Source: Bacteroidales bacterium UBA1756
GTDB lineage: Bacteria > Bacteroidota > Bacteroidia > Bacteroidales > WCHB1-69
NCBI GenBank assembly: GCA_002314795.1
Contig: DCHI01000045.1
Coordinates: forward strand, 3,795 to 67,794
DNA: 64,000 bases
Direction: 5' to 3'
Of this stretch, positions 28,437 to 35,751 are shown in pieces (position 1 is the first letter of the stretch; every line of letters begins with the position of its first letter). Under the pieces are notes generated by a model. The model made no database searches and was not told where the DNA came from. It worked only from the letters and a program-made list of their open reading frames with translations. The position numbers and the translations under genes are program-made.

Positions 28437-30022
28437 TGAACAATCGTCATCTTTGGTTCCCTGTTGCCATCTCTTTTTTGGTGGGAATGATTGTCGCTTT
28501 AATCATTTTCAAAAGATTACAGCCCAAAAGCTATCAGTTACAAAATGATTTTTCAAAAATCAGTGAAGTATTGGGTTATGTGAACGAGTATTATCTGGAT
28601 ACGGTTGATAATGAGCAACTTGTTCAGACGGCTTTGCGGGCGATGTTGGAAAGTTTGGACCCCCATTCTGCGTACGCTACCGCCGAAGAAAACAAGCAAC
28701 TTACGGAATCATTGAATGGCGCTTTCGAGGGTGTTGGTATTCAATTCAATATTATTGATGACACGGTGATGGTTGTTGCTGTGGTGAATGGTGGACCATC
28801 CGAAAAAGTGGGCATCCGTGCGGGAGACCGTATCGTTTCGGTAAATGATTCGACCATTGCCGGAAACGGAATCACCAACGAGCAGATTTTTAAACTTTTG
28901 AGAGGAAAAAAACATTCCAAAGTCAAGATAGGAATTCACCGCCCCGGTTTCCCGAAAATCTATTCTTTTACCGTAACTCGCGATGTCATACCTACTTACA
29001 CGTTGGATGTGGCGTATATGCTCAATGCGAAAACCGGCTACATCAAACTGAACGAGTTTGGAGAGAATACCTACAATGAATTTTTGGATGCCATCGTGAG
29101 TTTGAAAGGAAAAGGGATGCAGAACTTGGTTTTGGACTTGCGTGGCAATAGCGGTGGCTATCTCGGAACTGCCATCAATCTGTGTGATGAATTTTTGCCC
29201 AAAAACGATTTGATTGTTTATACCGAAGGCAGAAATATGCCTGAAAATAAAGTCTTTGCCACTTCTATCGGAAGTTTTGAAAAAGGCAAATTGGTCGTTC
29301 TTATTGATGATTTCAGCGCCTCTGCCAGCGAAATTGTGGCGGGCGCCGTGCAGGATAATGACCGTGGTTGGGTGATTGGACGCCGCTCGTTTGGAAAAGG
29401 ACTTGTGCAACAGCAGTTTACACTTTCCGACAGCTCTACCATTCGTCTGACCGTGGCCCGCTATCATACGCCGAGCGGTCGCTGCATTCAACGCAAGTAC
29501 GACAAAGGAACGGAGGATTATTATGCCGATATGCTCCGTCGTTACGAGGGGGGAGAAATGGACTACGCCGATAGCATCAAGTTGGATAAGACCTTGCAGT
29601 ATAAAACGAAAAAAGGTCGTACTGTCTATGGTGGCGGTGGCATTATGCCCGATTTCTTTGTCCCACTCGACCGCGACAGCAATGCAATGGCTTTCAACGA
29701 GATATACAATTCCGGCTTGCTGATTGACTTCACGTTCAATTATGCCAACAACCATAAAGTTGAATTGGAAAGAAAGTACCCTACGGCAAACGTTTTCGTC
29801 TCTCAAATGGTTGTTTCTGATGCCGTTGTTTCCGAATTTCTCCGTTTCTATCAATCAAAGGGAAATACTGTTCCCAAGATGAATGCCGTCAGCCAGAAAG
29901 AACTGAAATTGTGGCTTAAAGCAATGATTGGTAGGAATTTATATAAGGAAGAAGGTTTTTATCCGGTCATCAATTCCACCGACAAGACGATATTGAAGGC
30001 GTTGCAAGTAATTGGCAAGTAG
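28436..30022 (+). CDS. S41-family C-terminal processing peptidase (membrane anchored)
   Basis: N-terminal TM segment and a PDZ region (GVGIQF..GGPSEKVGIRAGDRIVSVN). S41 motifs DLRGNSGG, FSASASEI and RRSFGKG. The start codon overlaps the C10 stop (TAATG). Confidence 0.88.
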   Translation: MNNRHLWFPVAISFLVGMIVALIIFKRLQPKSYQLQNDFSKISEVLGYVNEYYLDTVDNEQLVQTALRAMLESLDPHSAYATAEENKQLTESLNGAFEGVGIQFNIIDDTVMVVAVVNGGPSEKVGIRAGDRIVSVNDSTIAGNGITNEQIFKLLRGKKHSKVKIGIHRPGFPKIYSFTVTRDVIPTYTLDVAYMLNAKTGYIKLNEFGENTYNEFLDAIVSLKGKGMQNLVLDLRGNSGGYLGTAINLCDEFLPKNDLIVYTEGRNMPENKVFATSIGSFEKGKLVVLIDDFSASASEIVAGAVQDNDRGWVIGRRSFGKGLVQQQFTLSDSSTIRLTVARYHTPSGRCIQRKYDKGTEDYYADMLRRYEGGEMDYADSIKLDKTLQYKTKKGRTVYGGGGIMPDFFVPLDRDSNAMAFNEIYNSGLLIDFTFNYANNHKVELERKYPTANVFVSQMVVSDAVVSEFLRFYQSKGNTVPKMNAVSQKELKLWLKAMIGRNLYKEEGFYPVINSTDKTILKALQVIGK

Positions 30023-30091
30023 GGACGCCATAGTAGGGACGCCATAGTAGGGACGCCACAATGTGACGTCCCTACTATGTGACGTCCACAC
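30019..30091. repeat. REP-like GTAG-headed palindrome cluster: (GTAGGGACGCCAYA) x3 facing (ATGTGACGTCC..) x2
   Basis: Core hairpin is GTAGGGACG-CCACAATGTGA-CGTCCCTAC at 30047..30075. Left-arm copies lie at 30019, 30033 and 30047. Right-arm copies lie at 30061 and 30076. The cluster starts on the ctp stop codon, between convergent genes. Confidence 0.85.
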
Positions 30092-30116
30092 GATGTGAAA
30101 TGCCGTTTTATTATGA

Positions 30117-31259
30117 TTATCCCCTCCGAAGGGTGATTATACAGATTTCGGCCCACGCGCCGAAACGGAAGGGGATACCGCCGCCAACGCCTGTGGAAAC
30201 GAACAAATTTTGTCCATCCTGCTCATAGACTCCGGACCATTCCGGATATTTCAGCATCACCGGACTGAGGTTCCCGATTCGGAACTGCATCGCGTGCGTG
30301 TGTCCGGAAAGCATCAACGGAATGTCGGTTTGAGGCAAAATTTCCATTTGCCAATGGGATGGGTCGTGGGATAAAAGAATGCTGAAGATGCTGTCATTCA
30401 GTCCGATTCGTGCTTTGTTGATGTCGCCCTTGCAAGGGAACGGAGGCCGCCCCACATTTTCGACGCCAATGATGGCGATTTCCGCTCTGTTGCGTCTTAT
30501 GACGCGGTTTTCATTCCGCAGCAGCGTCCAGCCCATAGCCCGTTCCGTACGAATGACATTTTGTAACTCTCGTTGTATCACCTCTTTTTGATGATGGTGA
30601 TTGTAGTAGCAGTAGTCGTGATTCCCTAAAACGGAAAAAACGCCGTCCGGAGCCGACAAGGAGGAAAGGAGCGTCTGGAACGGCACGATTTCTTGTGCGC
30701 CGGAGTTGACCAAGTCGCCGGTAAAAACGATGAGGTCGGGTTTCAGTTCCTGTACTTTTTCTACAATTTGAGAAGGGAATGTCGTGTCGGCTCCGTACGT
30801 ACCAATGTGCAAATCAGATATTTGTACGATTCTGTAACCGTCAAATTCTTCGGGAAGATTACTAAAAGAAAGCGTCTCTTCGTGGAGGACGATGTGACGC
30901 TGTCCGAAAGTACATCCGTAAATCATAATGCCCAAGGTGATGATTCCTCCCACAAGGGCTCCCAGCAATTCCCATCTTTTTACTCTTTTCCAGAAAATTC
31001 CAACAATACGGAAAAGTATTGAAATACAGGAAAATGAAAATTTTGGAAGAGCAAGACAAATGAGAATATAGAAGAATGTCTTAGAAAAGATGAGCGTAGG
31101 AATCCCACCCCAAAAGAGGCAGGCACAAACGATAGCCAAAAGCGTTGGCAAAAAATGAAGTAACTTCCAATACCACTTTTTCTTTTTTAAAAAAGTAAAT
31201 GAGATGTAAAAGTCTGGTAGTAAAAGTATTGAGAAAAATGCTATGGCAAAGATTTTCAT
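30117..31259 (-). CDS. membrane-anchored metallophosphoesterase (YkuE-like)
   Basis: N-terminal multi-TM region, then motifs SDLHIG, GDLVN, GNHD and SGHTH. Start set at MKIFAIAFF (31259) because a minus-strand -7 box at 31322..31329 lies inside the longer ORF. Confidence 0.8.
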   Translation of the reverse strand: MKIFAIAFFSILLLPDFYISFTFLKKKKWYWKLLHFLPTLLAIVCACLFWGGIPTLIFSKTFFYILICLALPKFSFSCISILFRIVGIFWKRVKRWELLGALVGGIITLGIMIYGCTFGQRHIVLHEETLSFSNLPEEFDGYRIVQISDLHIGTYGADTTFPSQIVEKVQELKPDLIVFTGDLVNSGAQEIVPFQTLLSSLSAPDGVFSVLGNHDYCYYNHHHQKEVIQRELQNVIRTERAMGWTLLRNENRVIRRNRAEIAIIGVENVGRPPFPCKGDINKARIGLNDSIFSILLSHDPSHWQMEILPQTDIPLMLSGHTHAMQFRIGNLSPVMLKYPEWSGVYEQDGQNLFVSTGVGGGIPFRFGAWAEICIITLRRG

Positions 31260-31321
31260 AAATGTGCGTTTTTTTACTTTCGGATTGATTTTCAACAGGT
31301 TATAATCCGTGAAAAAGAATG

Positions 31322-31329
31322 CAAAAGTA
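31322..31329 (-). promoter_or_regulatory. -7 promoter box (TACTTTTG) for the metallophosphoesterase gene
   Basis: CAAAAGTA on the plus strand, 63 nt upstream of the 31259 start. Confidence 0.5.
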
Positions 31330-31374
31330 TGAAAAACTATTCGTATTGCCGGAATCAAATTTTGAAAAATGATT

Positions 31375-31452
31375 CTCTCTCCCTCCCCCTTTACAAACCT
31401 TAAAAACTTTATAAACTTTACGAACTTTACAAACTTTACAAACTTTACAAAC
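31375..31452. repeat. 9-bp array in reverse orientation (TTTACAAAC) x7 with C-rich cap CTCTCTCCCTCCCCC
   Basis: Cap at 31375..31389. Seven contiguous 9-nt units at 31390..31452. The cap is the reverse complement of the G-rich cap type seen at 10218..10240. Confidence 0.9.
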
Positions 31453-31459
31453 TTCTTCC

Positions 31460-31467
31460 TATCTTTG
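31460..31467 (+). promoter_or_regulatory. -7 promoter box (TATCTTTG) for the 31487 gene
   Basis: Matches TAnnTTTG. Lies 7 nt after the last repeat unit and 20 nt before the ATG. Confidence 0.55.
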
Positions 31468-31486
31468 CCACCTCAAAATTTTAAAT

Positions 31487-31960
31487 ATGAAACATCTGAT
31501 AATGAAATTGTTGTGCATTTCCGTTTTATTGATTTGCGTTTCTTTCGTTTCGGCGCAGAATGAAAACGGAGGCGTTCGCATCAGTTTCGGCAACGATGCC
31601 GAGTATGTGGAACCCAAAACTTTGTCCGGTGATGACCCAGCGGTTCCGGCAAAACCCAAACGCCATTTTTCGACAAACAGCATCATTCTCAATCAAATAT
31701 TGGAGAGTTGCGACGAAGGTTATGAATCTTTTAACACGACGTTTGAAAAGTTGCAAAATCGTGGGAAAGTAGTTCTCGGAAATGATGATAATCACGCGGA
31801 TTGCTTCGCCGTTGTTTATAACTTGGAGAGCAAAAAGATTGTCGCCGTGATGGATAAAGGTTTTGGAAAAAGAATGAATCTGCTTGATAATCAGTTTGAA
31901 AAGGATGACTTGTATCCGCAAGAAACGTTTGGTCGTATCTTCTTTTTGATAGAAGAATAA
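31487..31960 (+). CDS. hypothetical secreted protein
   Basis: 157 aa with a signal peptide (LLICVSFVSAQ). No recognisable motifs. Confidence 0.6.
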   Translation: MKHLIMKLLCISVLLICVSFVSAQNENGGVRISFGNDAEYVEPKTLSGDDPAVPAKPKRHFSTNSIILNQILESCDEGYESFNTTFEKLQNRGKVVLGNDDNHADCFAVVYNLESKKIVAVMDKGFGKRMNLLDNQFEKDDLYPQETFGRIFFLIEE

Positions 31961-32045
31961 AAAGTTTTCAACAACACTTGAAATCGGCTGCCCGTTGGCA
32001 GTATCTTTGCCGCCGTTAATCTTAACTAATTCTAAATATAACGGT

Positions 32046-33587
32046 ATGCTCATACGCACTCATAGTTGTGCCTTGATGGGGGTGGCGGCGGTTCCCATCA
32101 CGGTAGAAGTCAATGTGGAAATCGGAGTCGGCTATTTTCTGGTCGGGCTTCCTGACAGTGCCATCAAGGAAAGCCAACACCGGATTGATACGGCACTGAA
32201 GAATTATAACTACCGGATTCCCGGGAAAAAAATTGTTATCAATATGGCGCCGGCCGACATACGGAAGGAGGGCGCGGCCTTCGACTTGACGTTGGCCGTC
32301 GGTATTCTGATTGCCTCCGGACAAATTTCCAGCGCCGATTTTGTGGAAGACTACTATATCTTAGGGGAACTTTCGTTGGACGGAACCTTGCAGTCCGTGA
32401 AAGGCGCGCTGCCCGTCGCCATTGAAGCCAAACGGCGAGGGAAAAAAGGCGTGATTCTTCCCGCACAAAATGCCCGAGAAGCTGCCATCGTGGATGGTAT
32501 CGAAATCCTTGGCGTAGAGAATATTAAGCAGGTGATTGACTTTTTTAATGGCGAGGGAACTATTGAAAAAACGACCATCAACATCCGAGACGAATTTCAG
32601 AAAAGTCTGAACAATTATGAGTTTGATTTTTCCGATGTGAAAGGACAGGAGAACATCAAACGGGCGCTGGAAATTGCTGCCGCCGGTGGCCATAACGTCA
32701 TTCTGATTGGCCCTCCCGGCTCGGGTAAGACGATGTTGGCCAAGCGTTTGCCGTCCATTCTGCCACCGCTCACGTTGGACGAGGCGTTGGAGACGACCAA
32801 AATACATTCGGTGGCGGGCAAAATGAGCCGCTACTCCTCCTTGATTTGTGTCCGCCCCTTCCGGGCTCCGCACCATACCATCAGCGATGTCGCGTTGGTC
32901 GGAGGCGGCCAGCACCCTCAGCCCGGAGAGATTTCCCTGGCGCACAACGGCGTCCTCTTCTTAGACGAACTGACGGAGATGAACCGCGCCACACTCGAAG
33001 TCCTTAGGCAGCCGCTGGAAGACCGCTGCATTACGATTTCCCGTTCCAAATACACGGTTGATTTTCCCGCCTCTTTTATGCTGATTGCAGCGATGAACCC
33101 GTGCCCCTGCGGCAACTACAACAATCCCAAGATTCCGTGTACGTGTGCGCCCGGTGTCGTCCAGAAATATTTGAGCCGTATTTCGGGACCGTTGCTCGAC
33201 CGTATCGACCTTCACGTGGAGGTGAAACCGTTGAGCAATGACGAACTTTTGACAAAGGCAAAGGGAGAGTCCAGCTTGTCCGTACGCGAGCGAGTGGTTC
33301 GAGCACGTAACATTCAAGCCGAACGCTACCGCGACTGTTCCGAAATTCACTGTAATGCCCAGGTCAATACGAAACTATTTCACCAATACTGTGCCATTGA
33401 CGAAGATTGTAAGAATTTGATGAAGGGAGCGATGGACCGGCTCGGACTTTCAGCCCGTGCCTACGACCGCATTTTAAAGGTGGCCCGCACAATTGCCGAC
33501 TTGGACGGTAGCCCGAACATCGGCTTTGAACATCTTTCCGAAGCCATCAACTTCCGAAGTTTGGACCGTGACAGTTGGGGAAGATGA
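32046..33587 (+). CDS. comM: YifB/ComM-family Mg-chelatase-like AAA+ ATPase
   Basis: N-terminal Lon-protease-like domain (MGVAAVPITVEV), Walker A GPPGSGKTM, LFLDEL, and a C-terminal Mg-chelatase subunit ChlI-like region. Start set at MLIRTHS. Confidence 0.88.
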   Translation: MLIRTHSCALMGVAAVPITVEVNVEIGVGYFLVGLPDSAIKESQHRIDTALKNYNYRIPGKKIVINMAPADIRKEGAAFDLTLAVGILIASGQISSADFVEDYYILGELSLDGTLQSVKGALPVAIEAKRRGKKGVILPAQNAREAAIVDGIEILGVENIKQVIDFFNGEGTIEKTTINIRDEFQKSLNNYEFDFSDVKGQENIKRALEIAAAGGHNVILIGPPGSGKTMLAKRLPSILPPLTLDEALETTKIHSVAGKMSRYSSLICVRPFRAPHHTISDVALVGGGQHPQPGEISLAHNGVLFLDELTEMNRATLEVLRQPLEDRCITISRSKYTVDFPASFMLIAAMNPCPCGNYNNPKIPCTCAPGVVQKYLSRISGPLLDRIDLHVEVKPLSNDELLTKAKGESSLSVRERVVRARNIQAERYRDCSEIHCNAQVNTKLFHQYCAIDEDCKNLMKGAMDRLGLSARAYDRILKVARTIADLDGSPNIGFEHLSEAINFRSLDRDSWGR

Positions 33588-33648
33588 TGGACCTACTTTA
33601 TACGATTGCCTCATTTTTGACGTTTTACTTATCTTTAAAAATGAAATT

Positions 33649-34431
33649 ATGCGCAAACTGATTGGTTCCCTTATCCTTCTTGCTTTCCTGATTCCTGTGC
33701 AAAATGTTTTTGCTTGGGGACAAAAAGGCCACCGGATTATCGGTGAAATTGCATACCACCATCTTACAAAAAAAGCGAAGAAAAATATTGATAAAATATT
33801 GGGAATCAATGGAATGGTTTATTGGGGAAATTGGGCGGACGAGATTCGGAGCGACACCATTTACGCCAACGCCTACGATTGGCATTTTCAGGATTTGGAC
33901 GGAGGAATGACCGATTCCGCCGTTGTGGCTACGCTCACGTACTATCCGGAAAAGGGAGGCCGGTTGTGGTTCGCTGTCGATAGCTTGTCGTCCGTTCTTC
34001 GTCACGAACCCAACAGCTTCGATGCGTTGCGTTTTTTCGTCCATTTGATTGGCGATTGTTTCTGTCCAATGCATACCGCCCATTTTGATGACTTGGGTGG
34101 TAACAAAGTGAAAATAAAATGGTTCGGCGAAAGTGCGAATCTTCATCGTATCTGGGATTCCGACCTTATCAACGCCCGCGGGTACAGCTATACCGAGTAC
34201 GCCGAATATTTGGAACATCAATTTTCCAATCAACAGACGACGATTGAAAAAATGTCGAGAGCGGAGTTGGTTTTGAAAAATTACAATCTTTGCAACGACA
34301 TTTACGCGTACCAGGCAGCCGGAGACACCAATACCTATCACTATATTTATCGTTTTGCAAACGAGATGGAGTGGCGGCTTTATGCGGCGGGAATCCGTCT
34401 GGCCAAATTGTTGAACGAGATTTACGGGTAG
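33649..34431 (+). CDS. secreted S1/P1-family nuclease
   Basis: Signal peptide followed immediately by WGQKGH (the mature N-terminal Trp typical of S1/P1). Also HFQD, HLIGDCFCPMH and NLHRIWDS zinc-ligand motifs. Confidence 0.82.
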   Translation: MRKLIGSLILLAFLIPVQNVFAWGQKGHRIIGEIAYHHLTKKAKKNIDKILGINGMVYWGNWADEIRSDTIYANAYDWHFQDLDGGMTDSAVVATLTYYPEKGGRLWFAVDSLSSVLRHEPNSFDALRFFVHLIGDCFCPMHTAHFDDLGGNKVKIKWFGESANLHRIWDSDLINARGYSYTEYAEYLEHQFSNQQTTIEKMSRAELVLKNYNLCNDIYAYQAAGDTNTYHYIYRFANEMEWRLYAAGIRLAKLLNEIYG

Positions 34432-34440
34432 GTTAGTAGG

Positions 34441-34480
34441 GTTTGTAAAGTTTATAAAGTTCGTAAGGTTCGTAAGGTAG
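34441..34480. repeat. 9-bp array (GTAAAGTTT-type) x4, fused to a REP-like palindrome
   Basis: GTAAAGTTT ATAAAGTTC GTAAGGTTC GTAAGGTAG. The last unit overlaps the GTAGG head of the palindrome. Confidence 0.85.
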
Positions 34481-34525
34481 GCGCGTCACATTGTGGCGCG
34501 CCTACTTTTATTGTGGCGCGCCTAC
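34477..34525. repeat. REP-like GTAG-headed palindrome, in opposite orientation to the 30047 copy
   Basis: GTAGGCGCG-TCACATTGTGG-CGCGCCTAC at 34477..34505, plus a second right arm ATTGTGGCGCGCCTAC at 34510..34525. The loop is the exact reverse complement of the loop at 30056..30066. Confidence 0.85.
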
Positions 34526-34666
34526 TGTTTCCGTTTCATATATATGTTTTGTTCCTTAAGCAGCCCTGGAAGGGCTGTATTTCAGTATCCCTATACAAGC
34601 CCGAAGGGCGCAGTGTGTGTGGTGGACCGTATCACTTACAGGACGGGAAGACGTACGGAGCAAGCA

Positions 34667-35749
34667 TTACAAGTTAATCTTTTCCGCCTGCTCGAAGGTG
34701 CGGTGCGCCCGTTGTGTGTTGTACTCCGATTCTCCAAAAACGGTGTCGTAGAAGAATTTAAGTCCCATTTCCCCGCCGCCTTGACGAATAATGTGAATGA
34801 CACACAGGTTCTGCAATGCGAGGGAAAGCGCCACAATATCCAAGTCGGTTCCGGCCAATTGTGTGAGTGCCAACTTATAGGCGCCGTCGCTATTCTCTTT
34901 GATGAGCCGCTCAATGTCACCTAATGTTTTGAAATTGAGTTTCAAGAGGCCGCCCAAATAGCGTATCAGGTTGTCTTCGCATATTTCGGCTTGATTGATG
35001 GTGGCAATTTTGTCGATGAGTTTTTTGAAAGGGAAAAGCGACAAGTAACTGCGGAACGTATCGCCGTCCAAAGGAACTTCGTCGAAATTGCCGTCGGCGA
35101 CGAGCGATTGCACGCTGCGACGGTAGTCGGTGATTTCCATACGGATGCGGCTGAATTGCTCGTCCGCCAACTCCAGCATACCGGCAATGCGGTTCAGATT
35201 GCGCAGGTGTTCTTTCGGTACCTCGATGCCGGACTTGTAACCTGTGTCGTGGTACATTGTGGCCCACACGTGCTGAAGCGCCGTACGCATCTGGATTTCA
35301 AAACGATAATCGTTGATTTCTGGATGTGCCGGATCTTCGTACAATGCCTTGGGAATACGGCAGATGTAGTGCAACGACATATAACCGAACTGGTCCAAAT
35401 CCAATGCCTTGCGCTTATCGACCGATTCGTTCCAGTCAATGTCAAAAATCTTGTTGATGAGGGCGCCGATTTTATCCACTTCATCTGTATAAAAAGTGAT
35501 GACGCGGGCGCCCAAAATGTCGGTGAGGTCGCTCAACATCGCGTACTTGTGCCCTTTCAGCTCCAATTTCCCGGCAAGACTTTTCTCTTTTTTGACACGA
35601 GTTTCGATAGCATTGACATACAGCCCATTATCTTTAATGCATTGTTCCAGACTGTTGCGAACAATCTCTTCCATTTTTAAAAAAGAGTCATAATTTTCTT
35701 GATATTCTTCAAGAATCATCTGGCAGTGAAGATCGAGGTTGTAATTCAT
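34667..35749 (-). CDS. RelA/SpoT-domain nucleotide pyrophosphokinase (small-alarmone-synthetase-like) with ~160-aa C-terminal extension
   Basis: Synthetase-fold motifs DILGARVITFY, GYMSLHYICRIP and EIQMRTALQHVWATMYHDTGYK. No HD hydrolase domain. 360 aa. Confidence 0.85.
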   Translation of the reverse strand: MNYNLDLHCQMILEEYQENYDSFLKMEEIVRNSLEQCIKDNGLYVNAIETRVKKEKSLAGKLELKGHKYAMLSDLTDILGARVITFYTDEVDKIGALINKIFDIDWNESVDKRKALDLDQFGYMSLHYICRIPKALYEDPAHPEINDYRFEIQMRTALQHVWATMYHDTGYKSGIEVPKEHLRNLNRIAGMLELADEQFSRIRMEITDYRRSVQSLVADGNFDEVPLDGDTFRSYLSLFPFKKLIDKIATINQAEICEDNLIRYLGGLLKLNFKTLGDIERLIKENSDGAYKLALTQLAGTDLDIVALSLALQNLCVIHIIRQGGGEMGLKFFYDTVFGESEYNTQRAHRTFEQAEKINL

Positions 35750-35751
35750 AA

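Noticed and set aside
28709-29854. 381-aa antisense ORF inside the S41 peptidase gene. Similar long shadow ORFs occur at 13321..14277, 49168..50142, 51084..52082, 33625..34341, 34991..35680, 38377..39060, 10946..11602, 24288..24938, 46999..47712 and 48211..48753.
   Set aside because: In every case the opposite strand encodes a protein with unambiguous family motifs. The antisense translations are low-complexity or motif-free, with Arg/His/Val-rich composition typical of shadow frames.
29959-30156. 65-aa minus-strand ORF across the REP-like palindrome cluster
   Set aside because: It is composed of repeat-derived sequence between two convergent genes. It overlaps the ends of both.
31369-31563. 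64-aa ORF with FTNFTNFTNFTNF
   Set aside because: It is the translation of the reverse-orientation 9-bp array. It overlaps the promoter and start of the 31487 gene in another frame.
34556-34615. Two short GC hairpins (CAGCCCT-gga-AGGGCTG and GCCC-gaa-GGGC) downstream of the RelA/SpoT gene, as a possible small RNA or terminator
   Set aside because: The stems are only 4-7 bp. No U-run lies on the relevant strand. There is no recognisable ncRNA family signature and the evidence is insufficient.
34493-34924. 143-aa plus-strand ORF downstream of the S1/P1 nuclease gene
   Set aside because: It starts inside the REP-like element and runs antisense to the 3' end of the RelA/SpoT gene, which has clear family motifs.
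34667-35749. RelA/SpoT protein as a classical two-gene toxSAS toxin-antitoxin pair
   Set aside because: No small ORF is adjacent on either side. The upstream neighbour is an ABC ATPase 2 nt away, and the downstream 140 bp are non-coding. A fused or regulatory C-terminal domain remains possible (see findings).
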